Shown here: piece by piece, positions 1 to 10,000 of the stretch | How the letters are laid out: each line of letters opens with the position of its first letter | Numbering within the stretch: position 1 is the first letter of the stretch | From: Saprospiraceae bacterium | Lineage (GTDB): Bacteria; Bacteroidota; Bacteroidia; Chitinophagales; Saprospiraceae | Length of the DNA: 42,677 nucleotides | Assembly: GCA_043755305.1 (NCBI GenBank) | Contig: JAYUTD010000034.1 | Coordinates: 1-42,677 of the forward strand | Direction of reading: 5' to 3' | Notes under the pieces: generated by a model | The model's input: only the letters and a program-made list of their open reading frames with translations | What the model was told of the DNA's origin: nothing | Databases searched by the model: none | Program-made: the position numbers and the translations under genes

Positions 1-652
1 GTTTACAAAATTTATCAAATGCGCTGAGTGTTTTATAGGTATTTTTCCTAGGATTAATGGACCCTGCAAGGACAAAATAATCTTCTTTTTTTATATTCAT
101 ATTATGGTCTAAACCTAAAAAAGAAGAGGATAAGGCATTGTACACAACCGAAATCTTTTTCTCATTGATACTATAATTTTTCAAAATATCCTCTTTCACA
201 GCATTGGATACAGGCAATAAGTAATCCGCTTTCTTCAAAAATTTTGGCATGAAGTACTGATAGTAAAGCCTTGACGAGAATGGAATAGTTTCTGGAATAT
301 GCAAATACGCCAGATCGTGTATCGCAAGAATAGTTATACAATCAGTATGTAAGCTTAAAAAATTATCTGTTGAAAAAAATATGTCAATCCCATATTTCTT
401 TAGGTATTTGGGCACCTGCAACTCAAACCACAAACAAAACAATATTGCGTGTCTTGCCGCAGGTCTTATTACGACAGGATGCACATTTTTTGCAAATACA
501 TACCTTTCATCATACGGTCTATCAAAAAAAAAGTAAAATTCATGTTCAGGGTGAGACAATACGAGGTTTTTCGAGATTTCGTAAGTATATCTGCCAATCC
601 CCTCCTGCATTCGCCCAGGCAGCAGAAATCGAGTGTTTATGGCAATTTTCAA
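1..652 (-). CDS. Glycosyltransferase family 1 (GT4-type), N-terminal ~217 aa only; the C-terminus lies beyond the left window edge
   Basis: Absent from the ORF track because it has no stop codon in the window. Hand translation of the reverse strand from a TTG at 652..650 gives M(TTG)KIAINTRFLLPGRMQEGIGRYTYEISKNLVLSHPEHEFYFFFDRPYDERYVF...ILAIHDLAYLH...VSNAVKEDILKNY. This is the typical N-terminal half of Bacteroidota group-1 glycosyltransferases. An in-frame TAA lies just upstream of the TTG. The + strand ORFs 370..741 and 449..679 are antisense shadows of this gene. Confidence 0.7.
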   Translation of the reverse strand, partial: MKIAINTRFLLPGRMQEGIGRYTYEISKNLVLSHPEHEFYFFFDRPYDERYVFAKNVHPVVIRPAARHAILFCLWFELQVPKYLKKYGIDIFFSTDNFLSLHTDCITILAIHDLAYLHIPETIPFSSRLYYQYFMPKFLKKADYLLPVSNAVKEDILKNYSINEKKISVVYNALSSSFLGLDHNMNIKKEDYFVLAGSINPRKNTYKTLSAFDKFCK

Positions 653-661
653 GAGTGGAGA

Positions 662-1060
662 TTAAAATTCTACCTGTGAAGCTATCTTCGAAGCAAGTTG
701 CAGCAGTTCATCTTTTGTTCTGGACATCTTTTCTTTACTAAAGTTTATATCTGATACTGATTCAATAGGGATGAGGTGTATATGAGCATGAGGCACTTCC
801 AGGCCTATTATAGTGACGCCAATTCTCTTGCAAGTTACAGATTTCTCAATTGCTTTCGCTATTTTTTTAGCAAACACAATCATAGCTGCCAAGCCTGCAT
901 CATCCATGTCGAAAATGTAGTCTATTTCAATTTTGGGTATAACCAGCGTATGGCCGTCTTTAAGCGGATTAATATCCAAAAATGCGAGAAAATTGTCATC
1001 CTCGGCAATTTTAAAACAAGGGATTTCTCCTGAAACGATTTTGGTGAAAATTGATGCCAT
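662..1060 (-). CDS. HIT (histidine triad) family nucleotide hydrolase/transferase
   Basis: 132 aa with the histidine triad HAHIHLIP near the C-terminus and the N-terminal IFTKIVSGEIPCFKIAEDDNFLAFLDINP block typical of HinT-like proteins. The ATG start overlaps the greA stop by 1 nt (TAATG). Confidence 0.85.
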   Translation of the reverse strand: MASIFTKIVSGEIPCFKIAEDDNFLAFLDINPLKDGHTLVIPKIEIDYIFDMDDAGLAAMIVFAKKIAKAIEKSVTCKRIGVTIIGLEVPHAHIHLIPIESVSDINFSKEKMSRTKDELLQLASKIASQVEF

Positions 1061-1536
1061 TAATCTAATGATATATTGATTACTTCAAAATCCAATGATC
1101 CGTTTGGCGTAGTAATCTTTGCTATATCACCGACCGATTTACCAAGAAGACCTTGTCCAATAGGAGAGTTAATGGAAATCTTTTTTAATTTCAAATCAGC
1201 TTCAGATTCAGCTACAAGTTTATAAACAAACTCCTTATTTGTTTTAATATCTCTCATAGTTACAGATGAGAGAATTGTAACCCTTGAAGAATCGAGTTCA
1301 GATTCACTTATAATTCTTCCTCCTGCAAGTGCTTTTTCCATTTCATTGATCTTCAACTCCAGCATTCCTTGAGCATCCTTGGCTGCATCATATTCAGCAT
1401 TTTCTGAAAGGTCTCCTTTCTCCTTCGCTTCAGCAATAGCTTTAGCAACTTCCTGTCTTCCTTTGGACTTAAGCTTGTCTAGTTCTGCTCTTAGCCTATC
1501 GTAGCCTTCCTGTGTAAAATAAGATATTCCTGACAT
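1060..1536 (-). CDS. greA: Transcription elongation factor GreA
   Basis: Full-length match in pattern to GreA: an N-terminal coiled coil (YFTQEGYDRLRAELDKLK...GDLSENAEYDAAKD) and a C-terminal FKBP-like domain (ISINSPIGQGLLGKSVGD). The track ORF extends to a TTG at 1554. The ATG at 1536 gives a 158-aa protein of canonical length, so I prefer it. Confidence 0.9.
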   Translation of the reverse strand: MSGISYFTQEGYDRLRAELDKLKSKGRQEVAKAIAEAKEKGDLSENAEYDAAKDAQGMLELKINEMEKALAGGRIISESELDSSRVTILSSVTMRDIKTNKEFVYKLVAESEADLKLKKISINSPIGQGLLGKSVGDIAKITTPNGSLDFEVINISLD

Positions 1537-1559
1537 GTTTAAAGATTTAATCAATACAA

Positions 1560-1600
1560 TAAAAAAAGAACGTTTTTACCATTAAGATAAAAACGTTCTC
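1560..1600 (-). terminator. Intrinsic terminator / leader attenuator about 25 nt upstream of the greA ATG
   Basis: The minus strand reads AGAACGTTTTTA-tcttaatgg-TAAAAACGTTCT followed by TTTTTTT. That is a perfect 12-bp stem followed by a U-run. It lies downstream of the PorV-like gene and inside the only possible greA leader. Confidence 0.65.
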
Positions 1601-1613
1601 TTTTACTAAGGTA

Positions 1614-1621
1614 CAAAATTA
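1614..1621 (-). promoter_or_regulatory. Candidate Bacteroidota -7 promoter box (TAATTTTG) for greA
   Basis: The reverse strand reads TAATTTTG, which matches the TAnnTTTG consensus of Bacteroidota sigma-A promoters. It lies ~15 nt upstream of the leader hairpin and ~80 nt upstream of the greA ATG. Confidence 0.35.
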
Positions 1622-1809
1622 GTGAAAATATGAATCCAAGACAAATTTTAAACGGTATATTTTTGTTTTCTTTTAATACCGAAATCTTCCCATGTTTTTA
1701 ATTAAATTAATTTTTACAGAGAAAAAACTGAATTTAATTGAATAATCCTGCTAAGTATTATTTTTTAAGGCCAATTTATATTCGTTTTCAACTAAAATCA
1801 TAAAATTGA

Positions 1810-2880
1810 TTAAAATTGATACCTTACCGTTAAGTTGTGTGTTCCTCTAAATGGATTGGTTGCCCTATACGCATAATCGATGCCAAAAGCACTGGATCCT
1901 TCTTTTCTCGTGGGAAAAAGCAAAGAAATACCACCTGCTAAGCCAGTGTACAATTCTTCACCTATACTTGATGAAGATTTGCCATAATTGACTTTATAAC
2001 CACCTCTTATTATTATCCTTTCTCTAAAAAACAATTCAGCTCCTATTCCTAATTGATCTTTGGAAAAAGCATTGGAGGTGAAATTGCCCATAATTCTCAC
2101 AAAATCCTTTTTTTCTACATTAAAGTAGGCATCATATGAAGTACCTATGTTTAACATTGAAGGCAATTCGAAATCTTCGGCCCTTTGATCATAGGTAAGA
2201 TTGTAAGTAGTTCCCCCTGCAGGATCAATGTTGGCAGTATTGACAGAAAGTCCTTCTCCTCCAAATATCATAGGTGAACCTGTATTTCTTAAAGAAATGC
2301 CTAATCTAAAGTTTTCCTGGGGTCCATTTACATATTGGACACCTGCATCAATAGCAAACCCAAATGCGGATGCACTTGAGATAGATTCAGATACACCCCT
2401 TAGCAAAAGTCCCACAGATATTTTATTGTCATACATATAAGAATAACCAATCCCTAGATGGAAAAAATTTGGTGAAAAATTTTCACCGGTTCCTTCAGGT
2501 GAATTAACTGTAGTCACCGGTATTTTGCCAAAATTCATTGAGGCTAAAGTGAGTCCGAAGGCTCCATTTTTACCGGATTTTGTACCAAAAGCAATTTCTG
2601 TCATTTGAAGACTAGAACCTTCATACAATCTACAATTGGTAACTGCAAATTCTCCTTTGGTCATCCTGCTTAAACCTGCAATATTCAATCGCATAGCTTC
2701 TACACCTGAAATGGACGAAGTATTTAATGTATGTACTCCAGCACTTCTTGCCCATGGGTTAATGAGTAATTCGCTCGCTCCTGCCTCGCCTTGTCTATCT
2801 GGATTTCCTGCAAATGATAGGATAGACGAAAAGGCAATTAAACAAAGTGTAAAGTTTATTTTGTAAATTTTATTAGTCAT
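1810..2880 (-). CDS. PorV/PorQ-like outer-membrane beta-barrel (T9SS-associated family)
   Basis: 356 aa with a signal peptide. The N-terminal block GEAGASELLINPWARSAGVHTL...GVEAMRLNIAGLS resembles the conserved start of PorV/PorQ-family barrels. The sequence shows alternating beta-strand character throughout and ends in an aromatic residue (VRYQF). It sits directly downstream of a T9SS cargo gene. Confidence 0.5.
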   Translation of the reverse strand: MTNKIYKINFTLCLIAFSSILSFAGNPDRQGEAGASELLINPWARSAGVHTLNTSSISGVEAMRLNIAGLSRMTKGEFAVTNCRLYEGSSLQMTEIAFGTKSGKNGAFGLTLASMNFGKIPVTTVNSPEGTGENFSPNFFHLGIGYSYMYDNKISVGLLLRGVSESISSASAFGFAIDAGVQYVNGPQENFRLGISLRNTGSPMIFGGEGLSVNTANIDPAGGTTYNLTYDQRAEDFELPSMLNIGTSYDAYFNVEKKDFVRIMGNFTSNAFSKDQLGIGAELFFRERIIIRGGYKVNYGKSSSSIGEELYTGLAGGISLLFPTRKEGSSAFGIDYAYRATNPFRGTHNLTVRYQF

Positions 2881-2909
2881 AAATTTTAGTTTTTATAGTG
2901 TAGAAAAAT

Positions 2910-2932
2910 GGGTGGGCCATAAAAGACCCACC
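2910..2932 (-). terminator. GC-rich hairpin between the giant cargo gene and the PorV-like gene (possible partial terminator or processing site)
   Basis: GGTGGG-ccataaaaga-CCCACC, flanked by T-rich tracts on both strands, within the 63-nt spacer between the two genes. Confidence 0.35.
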
Positions 2933-2943
2933 TTCTTTTTTTA

Positions 2944-5900
2944 TTATAAACCAGTCGGATCAAATTTTCTATTGATACCAAACCACTTAATGGTTCTCTC
3001 TTCTCCCAACTCTGGCGCTACTATATGAATTAGATACACACCACTTGCCACTGGTATTCCCTGAAAATTTTTCATGTCCCAATCCAAGTCAGGCTTGACT
3101 TGCGTGGTACTATTAGCCGGATTATTTCCTCCATTTCTACCCGGTCTTTCTTCTCTGTTGAATTTTCTTATAAACTTACCATCCAAACTGTAAATAGTTA
3201 AAATAGCTCTTTCCGGAAGATTGGTAATTTTAACAGTATTGACAAATTGAGAAGTTTCATATGCAGAATACGCATAATAAGGATTTGGCACCACATTGAC
3301 ATTGGCCAAAGCACCTTTATATTCCTCTTTTGCCAGATCAAGTTTTTGCTTTCCGTTAATCTCAAATTCATATGCAGGCAATGTAGGTTCCGTGTCACAT
3401 GTTTTAAATTTAGCTATGTCCACAAGTTTTCTTTCTCTGTTGTAGCTATTGTTGACCCTTAATTTTACCGTCAATTCATTTGGTATCAACCCTTCCTCTA
3501 TTGATTTCATGGGGAAGCTAGCTGCAGATAGCGGAACACAAGTCCATGTTACTGTGCCAAGAGGATCCCTCTTAGCAAAAGCAGATGTTCCTTTTTTCAA
3601 TCTGGTAGCCAATTGGGCACACTCATCGTATTTTTGTCTTGTCACATATATAAAATGCTGCCCACCTGCAATCTGAATCAAGGCCACTTGTGCCGGACTA
3701 CTTATATTTTGACCTGAAATCAATCTTGATGATGGATTGAATATCATGTCATAGCAATAATCTTCCTTTTCGCCAGGCAATAATTCCAGGTATTGCGCTG
3801 TTTCGCCTCTGAAAACTGAGTTTTCACCAAAAAAGATATTCAACCTTTGTCCCGTTTCAACATCTACTGCATAACCAGGAAACCAGCTAAGTCCTTTGGT
3901 ACCGGATCCATCCGGCTTTCCATCTTTACCAACAGAAGGTGTTTCTCTTACTTCCAATGTTTTACACCCATCGATTGTGGTTACACCAGCATCCATTGTA
4001 TAACTTGATGAAGCTGTTTCTACTACGATACATCTGCTCCATAATGATTTATCCGGAGTAAAAACAATATCCACATTGTTTAAATCCGCCAATTTCAACG
4101 TACCTGAGGTTTGATCCAATAGTACAGGATGTGCTTCTCTTGAAGCCGGAGATAAAAATGCCAAAGGTTGATTGTCACTAGGTATATATCTAGCCAGCAT
4201 AAAGGGGAAGAAATGACCACTGCCCATTTTACCAAGTTTATTTTCTGGATCCAGAGTAGTGGTGGCTACCGGGTCAAATAAGGCACTAAGCTGTGGCCCT
4301 ATTTGTGAGTTCAATCCATTGTCTCCATCTACCAATGCATTCAACCAAACAGAACCTCCTTTGTCAGCGTAATCTAGCACTTGTCCGATAGCCCCATTGG
4401 TTTCACCTTTACCCGACAACACGCCTGGTTCGTCGGTTTGTCCCATTAATACAGAAAAACCACGTTTGTACATAATTTGCTCATTGAGTTGTCTCAATGA
4501 TGTCTCTGAGGCTATGACTTGGTTACTCGCTATATCTGTAACTGTATAAACGGCATCAGATTTTAACGCACATACTTTTGAATTTGAGTCAAAACTTCCT
4601 TTTACATCTAATCTGTACTTGCCATCTTGTACCTCTAAAGGATTGAATATCTTAACATTTACAGGACCGGCCCCATCAAGGTAAGGAATCCTGCCATCAG
4701 TAATGGTGCCTTTTGCCAATGCTTCTCTCGTTTCTTTTGAAACATCAAGGAAATTACTTCCTGATCCCTGACCTGACAAACGAGTGATGGTTACACCATC
4801 TCCGTAAAATGAATTCAAGTTATCATAGACTATAGGCCTTGGGGTATAGGAGTAAGTTCTAATGTTACCTCTTCCCTCCAGATAAGGGGTCTTTTGACCC
4901 AATGCTGACTCTGGGTTGAAAGCCAAATAGTCATTATGGGCATAGGCAATTACCATAAAATTGTACTGCTTATGATTTACCAATCTTCGGTCAGTTTTGG
5001 CAAATTGGTCTTCCAATACACTAAATGTAGTTTGTAATCCCTTATTGGCGCCCTGTACTTTTCTTACATAAGACCATACTAGGTTAGGCTGCTCTACTGT
5101 GCCCCCGTTTGGATTTTTACTGGCTGTCCAATTGAAAATTTCTGACACTTTGTTCTTCAAATCTGTTTGAAGAATCAATCTGGCTTTAGAAACATCGCTC
5201 AATTCTTGCGCAGTGACACTTGCATCTGCCAATTGAAATACCTTATAACCTTCAAATTTATATTTAACCGTGTCGTTGTTTGTCCTTAAATCGTTTTCTT
5301 CATACAATAAAAATTTATTGTTAGAACCTTGCTCATCATTTGTTAAGGTAAGAATCAATTGCTTATCCAACTCAACACCCGTAATATCCGGTGCATCAGG
5401 ACCATCAGTGATGTCAAAGCAATTATTAAACAAAGCCTGAGCTACGTCATCTGCATTCTGTATTTTTTCAATATTCGGGCATGGATGATCTACATCAGGC
5501 ACCCATACTGCGCCTATGATCAATTCATTGATAGCGCCAGGTTGTAATAAAAGAGGGCCGGTTGCTTGGAGTGTTCTTCTATCTCCTACCCCAAAACCAG
5601 CTGTGCACATAGACCAACCTGTTACTAAATTAGGCGCATCAGATACTGCATATTTTACGGTATCAGTGCTTTCCGGATTATATCCTGTACCCCCTCTGGT
5701 CATTGCATCACCTGTAACCCATAGTCCCCTTAAGTTGTTATAAAATGGTAGGTCTCTATCCGCAGGATCACATGTTGCCGGGTCAAATGCTCCTGCACCA
5801 CAGTTATTTGTATAAATAAAAGAAGTCATTCCCAATTCTACCAGAACATCTATATCCCCAGTGCCTGGCTTAGGGTCTTTAAGGCAAGGAGTACCATCTT

Positions 5901-7074
5901 GGTTGAAAATTTGCTTTCCGTCTTTGTCTCTACAAAATACTTTAGGGCCTCTTGGGCCTCTGAAGTAGTCGGTACCAATCATCGGTATTCTATCTCCATA
6001 AGTATTTAATCCCCCAGCACAACTGGAGCCATTGGATCCATCCACACCATCTTCGTTATAAGTATATGCCAAACTTCTTGGCTCACCATTTACTATAGTC
6101 ATATCACAACCTACAAAGTCATCCTGGTAACAACCCAAATCAGGGTCTACCCACATTGCGAAGTAACAATCAATAATATCAGAGTCCGCTTTATTCAGAA
6201 GCTTGTATCTGTAAAATGTCATGTCATTGATTTCGTCATTGGTAGAGTAAGCAAATGACTGCACTTGTACTTCCATTTGGATGGCATCTCCGGCAGTAAG
6301 TCTATGTATGCCTCCATTGTCATTGTATATCCAAAAAACCATTTCGTCTGGCACCAATTCCTTCGCTTTGGCTCTGGAGGCAGCGCCGCAATCCCGGATT
6401 TCAATAGTAGGGAAATCGCCTTTACAAGGATCGTAAGATCCATCGCCATCTTCATCCCAAAATGCACCAAGCGATTGGTCAGGAAGGGGAAAATCATATT
6501 TTTCATTCCAGTATGGATTGCCTTGACCCGGCCAATATAAAATACTTTCAGGTACGGAATCGCAACTAAATTCACATCCACCCCCAGCACATTTGTCATA
6601 AGCTGCAATGTGGGCACGTACATCCTTGCCTGTAGTTACAAAAAATCGATCCCAATTCTTACATAGAGGTTCATCGGTCTGGCCACTGTCATCCAGCGGG
6701 CCAGGAAACCAGTCAAAGTTATCCGTAAGACTTCTATAAGTTACGCCTGCAAGCTTTAAATTTCCAGCGGCATCTTTTCCACCTACCCATACACCACCAG
6801 CAAAAATCGATGATACCGCAGGTTGCCCTGGCGCTGGTTTTGGTACTACATATAATCCACTGGATCCATCCCACCATACGTCGCCACCAGTTCTCAACCT
6901 GGCTCTTACGTTGTTGACATCCATATCAATTTCAGCTATGCCTGGTCTGCATACAGCCCTGTTTTCAACCTGACCTGACGGTTTTTTAGAATGCCTTGGA
7001 TCAATATTTGCCCAAGAAGATGCTGAGGTGATCAGCAACATTACGCAAACGAGTTTAATATTACTATATTTCAT
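2944..7074 (-). CDS. Giant secreted protein (1376 aa) with a T9SS-type / FlgD-Ig-like C-terminal sorting domain; function unknown
   Basis: Has a signal peptide (MKYSNIKLVCVMLLITSASSWA). The N-terminal third is Cys-rich and contains a DxDGDG-like Ca-binding motif (WDEDGDGSYDP). The C-terminus reads VVPNPYYAY...ITNLPERAILTIYSLDGKFIRKF...DWDMKNFQGIPVASGVYLIHIV, the pattern of T9SS CTD / FlgD-like beta-sandwiches. I recognised no catalytic motif. Confidence 0.6.
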   Translation of the reverse strand: MKYSNIKLVCVMLLITSASSWANIDPRHSKKPSGQVENRAVCRPGIAEIDMDVNNVRARLRTGGDVWWDGSSGLYVVPKPAPGQPAVSSIFAGGVWVGGKDAAGNLKLAGVTYRSLTDNFDWFPGPLDDSGQTDEPLCKNWDRFFVTTGKDVRAHIAAYDKCAGGGCEFSCDSVPESILYWPGQGNPYWNEKYDFPLPDQSLGAFWDEDGDGSYDPCKGDFPTIEIRDCGAASRAKAKELVPDEMVFWIYNDNGGIHRLTAGDAIQMEVQVQSFAYSTNDEINDMTFYRYKLLNKADSDIIDCYFAMWVDPDLGCYQDDFVGCDMTIVNGEPRSLAYTYNEDGVDGSNGSSCAGGLNTYGDRIPMIGTDYFRGPRGPKVFCRDKDGKQIFNQDGTPCLKDPKPGTGDIDVLVELGMTSFIYTNNCGAGAFDPATCDPADRDLPFYNNLRGLWVTGDAMTRGGTGYNPESTDTVKYAVSDAPNLVTGWSMCTAGFGVGDRRTLQATGPLLLQPGAINELIIGAVWVPDVDHPCPNIEKIQNADDVAQALFNNCFDITDGPDAPDITGVELDKQLILTLTNDEQGSNNKFLLYEENDLRTNNDTVKYKFEGYKVFQLADASVTAQELSDVSKARLILQTDLKNKVSEIFNWTASKNPNGGTVEQPNLVWSYVRKVQGANKGLQTTFSVLEDQFAKTDRRLVNHKQYNFMVIAYAHNDYLAFNPESALGQKTPYLEGRGNIRTYSYTPRPIVYDNLNSFYGDGVTITRLSGQGSGSNFLDVSKETREALAKGTITDGRIPYLDGAGPVNVKIFNPLEVQDGKYRLDVKGSFDSNSKVCALKSDAVYTVTDIASNQVIASETSLRQLNEQIMYKRGFSVLMGQTDEPGVLSGKGETNGAIGQVLDYADKGGSVWLNALVDGDNGLNSQIGPQLSALFDPVATTTLDPENKLGKMGSGHFFPFMLARYIPSDNQPLAFLSPASREAHPVLLDQTSGTLKLADLNNVDIVFTPDKSLWSRCIVVETASSSYTMDAGVTTIDGCKTLEVRETPSVGKDGKPDGSGTKGLSWFPGYAVDVETGQRLNIFFGENSVFRGETAQYLELLPGEKEDYCYDMIFNPSSRLISGQNISSPAQVALIQIAGGQHFIYVTRQKYDECAQLATRLKKGTSAFAKRDPLGTVTWTCVPLSAASFPMKSIEEGLIPNELTVKLRVNNSYNRERKLVDIAKFKTCDTEPTLPAYEFEINGKQKLDLAKEEYKGALANVNVVPNPYYAYSAYETSQFVNTVKITNLPERAILTIYSLDGKFIRKFNREERPGRNGGNNPANSTTQVKPDLDWDMKNFQGIPVASGVYLIHIVAPELGEERTIKWFGINRKFDPTGL

Positions 7075-7099
7075 TTTCTTCTTTTTTTCGATTTATTAA

Positions 7100-10000
7100 T
7101 TATAAATTAAAAATTACACCTAAATACATTCTTCTGGGAAAGAAATAATTACCCGGGGCAATCAATCTCCATGAATATGCATCCAGAAATGCCTCTGTGT
7201 TTTTGCCACTGGATTTAATATCATTCAATCGGTCTTGTCCAAATGACGATGACAGATAGCCATCGTTGTCAGGGTCACCTGTAAAACCATATACCCCATT
7301 TACATTCTTGGCGTCAAGCAAGTTTTCTGCCCTTAAATAAACATTGGCTTCCAATTTATGTTTTCCTTCGCCTGAGGTATTGAGTGTAAATCTTTTGTCT
7401 ATCCTCAAGTCTACTTTGAAGTTCCAAGGAAGTCTTGACCCATTGATAGCGCCTGTAAATCCTGCCCCTCCGAATTGGCTTGGGTTTTGATTTCTGGTAA
7501 ATGGTTGACCAGAAACGGCTATTGCATTGAGGTTGATACCTGTATTGGCAAAAATGTCCAATCCAGCAATTACTGGCCCGTCATAAGCTTTGCCCGATTC
7601 GTATCTGTAATCAATATTGGCTGTAAACCTATGTCTTTCATCAAAAGACAATGGACTCAAGTTTCTTATAATTCCTCTGTTATTTATACCACCGGAAGAA
7701 TTGGCATCAGACCCCGATCCATCGGCAAATTGCAAAGTATAGGTAGCACCAAACTCTAAATTGTTGGTTCTTCTTTTGTCAAATTGAAAACTGAATCCTT
7801 TGGTAGTACCAAAATCTAAATTACCATACGTTTCATAAGTTGTAATTGGCGCTGGAATATTTGTATAAACCCTTCTTTGAATTAAGTCTTTGTTTTCTTT
7901 GTAATAAGCACTTACTTTCAAAGCAGAATATTGTGAGACTTTTTGCTGGAATCCCGCTTCATAACTTACTGTTCTTACCGGTCTAAGGTTTGGGTTGTCC
8001 TGGACAGAGTTACTCGCATTGTTAAAATAGAAATAATCCAATGCCGTCAATGTAGAGTTTGATGGAGGCCTTTGGTACAATACATCATAATGAGCAAAAA
8101 AACCAGCTTCTTCTGAAATCGGAAAGGAGAATGCCAATCTCGGCATAAGGTTTAACTGAGGTTTGTAATCATCAAAAGAATACTCAGGCTTGAATGCCGG
8201 ATCTTGAATATCCAATACCCTTCCTGCATCTCTTCCCACATAAGAAGGATACACGACACCACCATTGAATAATACATTTCCACCTGAAACTGCTGTCCCG
8301 TTTGGTTCATACCATTGATCCCCTTTACGGTACCCAATTATGTCATTTGACTCACTGCCTTTGACATAAACTTTATAATCGTCACCAATTGACCCTGGTT
8401 TTTGTTTATCAGAATTTCTTATGAAAAATTGTTCAGCACTCTCAATATCATAAATGGCATAAGGGTCCTTGAATACTTTTGTATTGGCATCATAATAATC
8501 GGCCCTCAAACCCAATCTAAAGATGATATCCTTATAGGAAAATTTATCCTGAATGTACCCTGCAGCATAAATTGGAGTAAATGGCGCCACCGGAAATGAT
8601 CTTCTGCCATCAGCGTCTTTGGCTGTGAAGAAATCTTCAAAGCTAATGTTGCCTGTTGTTTTATTGCCTAAGTAATCGTATCCCCTATAGTCAACCAAAC
8701 CCAAATCTGCCAATTCTCTTGAAGAAAACATATCCAATGAAAGTTGATCCGGAGATAAAGAATGCACATTGACAAATTCTCTTTCGCCAACATTGAGTTT
8801 TTCTCTAATTTTGAAAAAGAATTTATTTTGTGCGTCTTTTTCGTAAACCGGGTAGAAGATTGAATCCCCATTTTCATCAATTAATTTAAAAGCTGATTTG
8901 TCCACCTCAGCCAATGACAATGGATTATTGACCAATAAATCAGCATTTCTCCACAATGAAAAAGGCCTTAAAGAATAAGATCTATTTATGTTTTGTTCGT
9001 AAATAAACCCAAATTGTATGCTGTGCCTTCCTTTTTCTGAACTGCCCGGCACAAGGTCAAGGCCTGTAGAAAAATTAAAAGTGTAAAGGTCATCTTCTGA
9101 TTTTGCATAACTATTATACACCTGTCCTACATTTGCAAACAAATTACTCCATACGGAAGCTTTGGCTTGCGTCAATACACCATTTGTCTGATTTTGGTAC
9201 TTGGCCAATATAGGATTGACATTTGGATCAGGGGCAAAGTCTCCCGGAACTCTTATGTATCCTAAATGTTGTCTGCTAAAACCATCAGGTGTTTGTACCA
9301 CACCTACTGCAGGTCTAAAAGTAGCTGGATAATTGCCAAAGTAACCATAGTCAAAGAAATTGTCTTCATGTCTAAAATCTTGCTGTTTGCCTTTTCCTCT
9401 TTCAAAACCGACCAATAGTGTATAGGATATATTCCTTATCAATGAGCTCGAGGCAGTTTTGTCCCCTTCCACCGGATTGTCAGGATCTGCTTGTTTTCCA
9501 AGTTTATGCTTCAATCTGAAATTTAGTCTTACACGATCAGAATTGTTATAAGGATTGTTGTTCCAATTCAAGAAAGCCCATGAACTTGGTGAATTGTTTA
9601 TACCACTACTTCCAGGGGTAAATCTATCTTTGTTTTTTTCATAATTACCCGAAAGAGAAACATCTATATTATTGCTAACTTTAGCATCAAGTTTACCGGT
9701 AAGGTTGATGTTTACATTGTCATCGTTGGGTCTTGCGTTAAACGGTTTGCCAACATCTTTTGACCTCAATAATTCAGCGCTTGGCAAACTTGAAGTGCCG
9801 AAATTGTAGAAAGGGTTTTCCTCCAGGCTTTTAATGACATCTAGTGGAGCTCTGGAAACACCTATAGCAGATGGATTATTGTCCTTGATATTGGTATACT
9901 GTCCGGATACCCTAAATCCAAGAATAGACCTGTTTTTGCTATTTTTTAATATAGGACCAGAAAAATTTCCAGAATATAAGTTATAGCCAAATTTATCTGT

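Noticed and set aside
370-741. The + strand ORFs 370..741 and 449..679
   Set aside because: They are antisense shadows of the clearly homologous minus-strand GT1 glycosyltransferase (1..652) and the HIT gene. Their sequences are low-complexity with no motifs.
1743-1770. A shared motif TAATCCTGCTAAGT.TATTTT at 1743 and 12442, each lying 50-70 nt downstream of a minus-strand stop codon
   Set aside because: Only 14 nt are identical, with loose similarity beyond that. A few 14-mer coincidences are expected by chance in 42 kb of AT-rich DNA on two strands, and I found no third copy. It is worth a genome-wide count but is not supportable from this window.
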